This document shows positions 57,925 to 64,000 of a stretch of 64,000 nt of DNA, in pieces. The stretch is from Octopus vulgaris (Eukaryota). Position numbers and translations under genes: made by a program. The notes under the pieces were generated by a model. It was not told the origin of the DNA. It saw only the letters and a list, made by a program, of their open reading frames with translations, and did no database searches. Every line of letters starts with the position of its first letter. The first letter of the stretch is position 1. Where the stretch lies: contig OX597836.1 in assembly GCA_951406725.2 (NCBI GenBank), positions 39,308,001-39,372,000 on the forward strand, in the 5' to 3' direction.

Positions 57925-58768
57925 TTAATTTAATTACTGTTTGAGATATTAATTTTATCAGTCATTTTCATAAAATTATATTTATATTTCAAGAATTATT
58001 AAAATACGGAATAATTTTGTTTAATCACTGCGTCAGTTTCGCTAATTACGGTGCAGAAGGAAATAAGTTTCTTCATTAAATAAGTTCCACTTCAGTTCTA
58101 AGGAATATTCTCCGGAAAGTGTTTCCCCAACTTTCCAAATCTATTTCTTTTCATAATACTATTTTCCGAATGTCATTATAGATTTTACTAAACAAATGTT
58201 CAATTTATTGATAACATAATGATGCAAAGTTGTATTATTGTATTCGTAATGAAAAATAGAAAAAACGTGTGCCAATGAGTCGGTATGTGTGTGTGGACGT
58301 GGGAGTCAGTTATACCGGCATTAAGTGATTCCCCTAGAACTTTTACCATTGATACATGATAAGTTAAAATTGTTTATATTCTGTGGATAAATGCATAGAA
58401 ACACTTTTATAATTATTATTGTTTTTTTTTTATCTACGCAGAAGATCGTTGCAATAAGTAAACGATTATGAAAAAAAAAAATATTTTCTTTGAATTCTTT
58501 AAACCACCACTTCATAAATCCTAAAATTTGCACCTGTTTTCGAATTTTTTTTTCTTAAGTCAGAGCTTGAAATACGGACAGTCCGAATTTTTTAGCTTAA
58601 ATCTCAGCTTAGGAGTTGCTGTGTGGTAAGTAGCTTGCTTACGAACTACATGATTCCGGGTTCAGTCCCACTGCATGGTACTTTGGGCAAGTGTCTTCTA
58701 CTATAGCCTTGGACCGACCAAAGCCTTGTGAGTGGATTTGGTAGACGGAAACTGAAAGAAGCCTGTCG

Positions 58769-58813
<45 letters not shown>

Positions 58814-59522
58814 CTATGCCCCCCCCCCCCAACATCGTTTGACGACCAATGCTAGTGTGTTTATGTCCACGTAACTTAGCCGTTCGGCAAAAGAGACCAC
58901 TAGAATAAGTACTAGGCGTACAAAGAATAAGTCCTGGGATTGATATGCTCGACTAAAGGCGGTGCTCCAGCATGGCCACAGTCAAATGACTGAAACCAGT
59001 AAAAGAGTAAAGAGTAATGGACCATTAAATGTGTTTATTAGGATAAAAATATTGGAAGAGATTAATACTTGTCGGAGTAACAAAGAAACGAGAAAGGAAT
59101 CAGGTGGTCGTGGGATGTGCTAAAAATAACAGTTAAATCGCCCTCAAATCAAACTTTTTTTTGTTTTTGCATAATCGTTTGAATTCCTGTATGCTTAACA
59201 GAAATTCGCCAAAATATTCTGGAAATACCCAAACATAAGTTATGAGGCGTTACGTGGAGTGCTTATACCAGAATCCCGCCACTTAATACTATCTGAATCA
59301 TTAAAAAAAGAAATGGTTAGCCATACAGCTGTTCCATATGAACCAAGGATAGCTGGACGGACCTACATAAACGGAGATTAGATGAGAAACAGCCATCAAA
59401 CAAACAAAAAGGTTACGCATGGATACACATGCTGAGAAGATATAAAAATCGTTGACAGGAGGAGTTGCTTCCCTTAGACTTGCGAGAAATATATCTTCCC
59501 TAGAATGCCAAGATTTTGCTGT

Positions 59523-59892
59523 TTGCTCGTTGAGCGAAGCGGTCTTCGTCCCAATTGTGGGAGAAGTCCGAAACGTGGTCCTTTGCTATTCGTAAGACCC
59601 GCAGAAGAGAAAGCAGGTCAACCCCCCGACACCGAGAGCATCGACGGATGGGTGAATGCGCATCCAGGCTCAGCGGTTGCGTAGGAAGTCGGGGACAAGA
59701 AACAAGAAGAAAGAGTGAGAGAAAGTTGGGGCGAAAGAGTACAACAAGGGTCGCCACCACCCCTGCCGGAACCTCGCGGAGCTTTTAGGTGTTTTCGCTC
59801 AATAAATATACACAACGCCCGGCTTTGGAATCGAAACCGCGATCCTCCGACCGCGAGTCCGCTGCCCTAACCACTGGGCCATTGCGCCTCCA
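59523..59892 (-). mobile_element. tRNA-derived SINE family D (other copies at about 1437-1995, 4090-4390, 43853-44180)
   Basis: Head ggaggcgcaatggcccagtggttagggcagcggactcgcgg...ggtttcgattcc; 9-bp TSD TTTTGCTGT at 59514-59522 and 59897-59905. Confidence 0.85.
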
Positions 59893-60588
59893 CAGCTTTT
59901 GCTGTCCAAGAACAGGAGATCGCTACTAAATCAGTATTCTGGACCGTTTTTTTATCCCTTTCGTTCCTATTTTACTCACTTGGACCCTCCATAGTCATTC
60001 GATGTTTAAAAAAAAAAAGCCATGCTAAGGTTTTGCCTTGAAGATTTTTTTAGCTGAATGTCTCAAATCCAATACTTATTCTAGCCATCTATTTTGCCGG
60101 ACCGTTAAGTTACGGGGGTGTAAAAAGCCCAACACCGGTTGTCAAGCGGTGGGAGGGGCGACAAATACACTCACACGACGGGCTTCTTTCAGTTTCCGTC
60201 TAACTGGTTTAAATAATGATTCACTTATATATTTTTTTCAGTACTGGCTTATTCAAAGGTGAGCTGGCAGAATCGTTGTATCGTCGTTGGTGGTAGTAGG
60301 GGCACACACACACACACACACACGTTTTACGGTATTCGTTCCGGTTCACTACATTCTGAGTTTTAATCCTGTCAGAATCAACTTTACATTTAACGTTTTC
60401 GAAGTTGTTAAAATAAAGAATCAGCCGGAGGAGTGGCTGTGTGGTAAGTAGCTTGTCTACCAGCCACATGGTTCCGGGTTCAGTCCCACTGCGTGGCAAC
60501 TTGGGCAAGTGTCTTCTACTATAGTCTCGGGCCGACCAAAGCCTTGTGAGTGGATTTGGTAGACGGAAACTGAAAGAAGCCCGTCGCA

Positions 60589-60652
<64 letters not shown>

Positions 60653-62046
60653 TGTATGTGTTTGTGTGTCTGTGTTTGTCCCCCTAGCATTGCTTGACAA
60701 CCGATGCTGGTGTGTTTATGTCCCCGTTACTTAGCGGTTCGGCAAAAGTGACCGATAGAATAAGTACTGGGCTTACAAAAGAATAAGTCCCGGGGTCGAG
60801 TTGCTCGATTAAAGGTGGTGCTCCAGCATGGCCACAGTCAAATGACTGAAACAAGTAAAAGAGTAAAAGAGAGAGCCAAGAACTCCCGTAGAAAATAATT
60901 GGCCTTATTTCCTTTTAAATGACAGACCTTTACTAAAATAGTTCTAAGAGGTATGATGAGTCAAAGGGAGATAACTATAATTTTCTTGTATGTTTCGCTT
61001 TGGGATTTGGTTTGCAAGATTCTTTATGTGAGTTCGTGTGTTGAAGCATATTCTGTTGTGTCTGGAGAGAGTCATTCTATTTTAGTGCCTTATTATTTTC
61101 TTGTATGCGTTTTCAAAGTAATTCAAATATTTTTTATTCTAAGATGGCGTTAGAAAGCCGGACAAAGTGCTTAGAGGGCATTTCGTCCGTCTTAAAGCTT
61201 CTGATTTCAAATTCAACTGAAGCTGACTTGGATCTTTTCACTTTGACCGGCAGATTTTTAAAATAAAATTCTTTGTAACTGAACAATTTTAAATTGCAGG
61301 AAATTGTTGTTGACAAACTACGGCAGAAATTGTATTCACCTCAATACACGTCAATGATTGGTTGAAATTGCCGAAATGCAAGAAATTAAACAAGAAATAG
61401 CTTACAAACTACATAATTTTCTCAAGAAAGCCAAGAGAAAAAGATGTTTTATGTAACATATTCTACCAGTATACGAAGTTTTTAAAGTGAAATTCCAAAG
61501 AAGGTGTCATAGATCTAGGTTAGAAACCGGTTCTTTTCTATTGGCAAGAAATCTTGAAATAAAACTGAACGTTGACATAAAGACAAACAGAAAAATGTAC
61601 GCTTGTATATATCTCCTACTTCCTACAATCATTAGACCGTTGAACTGCAGTCATACTGGAGCACCGCTTGAAGGATTTAGTGGAACAAATCGATCCCAGG
61701 ACTTACATTTTTAAAGATTGGTACTTATTCTATCGATCTATTTTACCGAACCGCTATGTATGTATGTATCTGTGCAGATTAGTATGTTTTGTTTTATGTA
61801 TGTATTCTCATGCATATAACTGCATGTCTTGACATAGTCTTTTACTTTTTTACTTGTTTCGGTCATTAGACTGCGGCCATGCTGGAGCACCGCCTGTAGT
61901 CGAGCAAATCGACCCCGGGACTTATTCTTTGGAAGCCTAGTACTTATTCTTTCGGTCTCTTTTGCCGAACCGCTAAGTTACGGGGACGTAAACACCCCGG
62001 CATCGGTTATCAGGCGATGTTGGGGGAACAAACACAGACACACATT

Positions 62047-62136
<90 letters not shown>

Positions 62137-62315
62137 TACGACGGGCTTCTTTCAGTTTCCGTCTACCAAATCCACTCACAAGGCTTTGGTCGGCCCGAGG
62201 CTATAGTAGAAGGCACTTGCCCAAGGTGCCATGCAGTGGGACTGAACCAAGAACGATGTGGTTCGTAAGCAAGCTACTTACCACACAACCACTCCTACGC
62301 CAATAAAAAAGCTTT

Positions 62316-62404
62316 CGCCCACCAAGGGACTCGAGCCCGCGACCTCAGGTTGCCTCTAAGATTAACACAAAAGTCTGATGCCCTACCGACTGAGCTATGC
62401 TCGT
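62316..62404 (-). pseudogene. tRNA-Lys(UUU)-like pseudogene with a 17-nt insert at the canonical intron position
   Basis: Minus strand reads TAGCTCAGTCGGTAGGGCATCAGA CT TTT G [TGTTAATCTTAGAGGCA] A CCTGA GGTC GCGGG CTCGAGT CCCTT GGTGGGC G, then a T6 run. The 5' acceptor strand (ACGAGCA) does not pair with GGTGGGC. Confidence 0.7.
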
Positions 62405-63612
62405 ATATATTAAAATGATAAACTTTTAGAAAGTTTTACAGATTTTTACAGTTCCAGTGATGGATTGGACTTGTAAATCTTCAAATCAACTTTCTCCTTT
62501 CTGGTTTTGAGAAGCCTAATTTCTCAAGATTGGTATTTAGGCAATATGTTGCATATCCCAGTGCCCCAGTAATTACAGGTATAAGACTGAACATGTAACC
62601 CGAATATATATGTATGCAGGTATATATACATGCATGAATGTATGTATGTATGTATGTATGTATGTATGTACGTATGTATGTATGTATGTCGGCGACTAAA
62701 CCAGCAACCCCACCAAGCTTGCTTGGTGAGGTGAGGAGGGTGTTTATTGGACACCCTGTGGGATGAAAAACAAAACCCTCAAAGGGCGGAGGAACTCTTG
62801 AGAGTCAACGGCCATCCAATAAATGTCTTAAGGATGTATCATGCGCGGGGACATAGAAATAATCGGACTGAATACCCGATCGCGCAGTTAAACCATTGGG
62901 AGTGAAGGACTCCTAGCCTTTGTTAGGGCATCCTTCTAGGAGAAGGTAACTCAGGTAACTGGGATAACTCCGACATAAAACCTGCGGCTCAGTGGTTACC
63001 GATGATGTTGACTTGTTCTTCTTTTCGGATTATGGCTGCTGTTGCTTAGTGAATGGGATTGACTCAGTGCACAGCCTTTCCTTACTTTAAAAAATCTGCT
63101 TGCACAGGCATTGCACGATAGCAACATTGATTAAGCTTCGTGCAATGGCCATACTCGATAACGAGGGGGTAGCCACCATGTATGTATGTATGTATGTATG
63201 TATGTATGTATGTATGTATGTATGTATGTATGTATGTATGTATGTATGTATGTATGTAGAACAGTAGTGTCATTGACTCTAATAACTATGACCCAATTAT
63301 GATATTATACCAATTAATCAAATGAGAAGTTTCAGGGTTAATGACCTTTCTGGGTCCTCCCAAATTTCTGGCTCTCAGCGTAGCGTTAATATCTCACAGG
63401 TCATTGGCCGCTAAGTCACGGTCTGTCCGCATGCTTGAAACAGCGCCGAGTCCACTAGAAATATGCAGGAATCGAGAGTTGATGTTAAGGAAGGCATCTT
63501 ATCAATGCGTTTCTTATTGAAAAATGTAATGTTTAAAATGGGTCGACATATTTAGACAATTTTGAACAACCCTTTATTAATATTTTTCTTGTTTGTCATA
63601 CATGTTGAATAT

Positions 63613-63616
<4 letters not shown>

Positions 63617-63651
<35 letters not shown>

Positions 63652-63965
63652 TTTGTGTGTGTGTTTGTGTGTTTGTGCATGCGGGGCTGTGCGTGTGTGT
63701 GTGTGTTTGTGCGTGTGTGTGTGCGTGTGTGTACTTATGCGTGTGTGTGTTTGTGTGTGCGCGCACTCACGTGCGTGTTTGTGCGCGCGTGTGTGTGTGT
63801 GCGCGCACTCGCGTGCGTGTGTGTGTGTGTGTGTGTGTGTATATGCGCGTGTGTGTCTGTTTGTGTGTGTGTGTGTGTGTGTGCTTATGTGTGTGCGTGT
63901 GTGTGTGTGTGTATTTTTGTGTGTGTGCCTGTGTGTCTGTAAGTGTTTTGTGTGTGTGTGTGTGC
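63617..63965. repeat. (TG)n/(CG) compound microsatellite
   Basis: Directly visible alternating purine-pyrimidine tract. Confidence 0.95.
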
Positions 63966-64000
63966 GTAACTGGTATTTATTTAATCAACCCCGAAAGGAT

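Noticed and set aside
59200-59510. Possible coding exon of a divergent gene upstream of FARSA
   Set aside because: Stops in all three plus-strand frames; looks like a decayed LINE remnant split by a SINE, and no third protein-coding gene could be supported.

Overview
AT-rich, repeat-dense animal genomic DNA; the SINE families and microsatellite load suggest an octopus or other coleoid cephalopod (inference). Two convergent spliced genes can be rebuilt with GT-AG junctions and consistent intron phases: syntaxin-17 on + (7 coding exons, 4992-24738, 327 aa) and cytosolic phenylalanyl-tRNA synthetase alpha, FARSA, on - (13 coding exons, 57296-39244, 495 aa). The rest is mostly tRNA-derived SINEs, LINE remnants (R4/Dong-like, RTE, CR1), MITEs, Helentron-like elements and micro/minisatellites. 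The least expected signal is a set of minimal type I hammerhead ribozyme motifs in Penelope-like remnants, often as fold-back inverted duplications; the best is an 81-bp-arm palindrome in FARSA intron 1 that puts a hammerhead on each strand. Also notable: a TSD-bounded bipartite RTE-derived element with a highly structured 5' part, an intron-containing tRNA-Lys(UUU)-like pseudogene, a minisatellite made from a splice junction, and an intronic array of p53-type half-sites. Most ORF-track entries are microsatellite or SINE artefacts.
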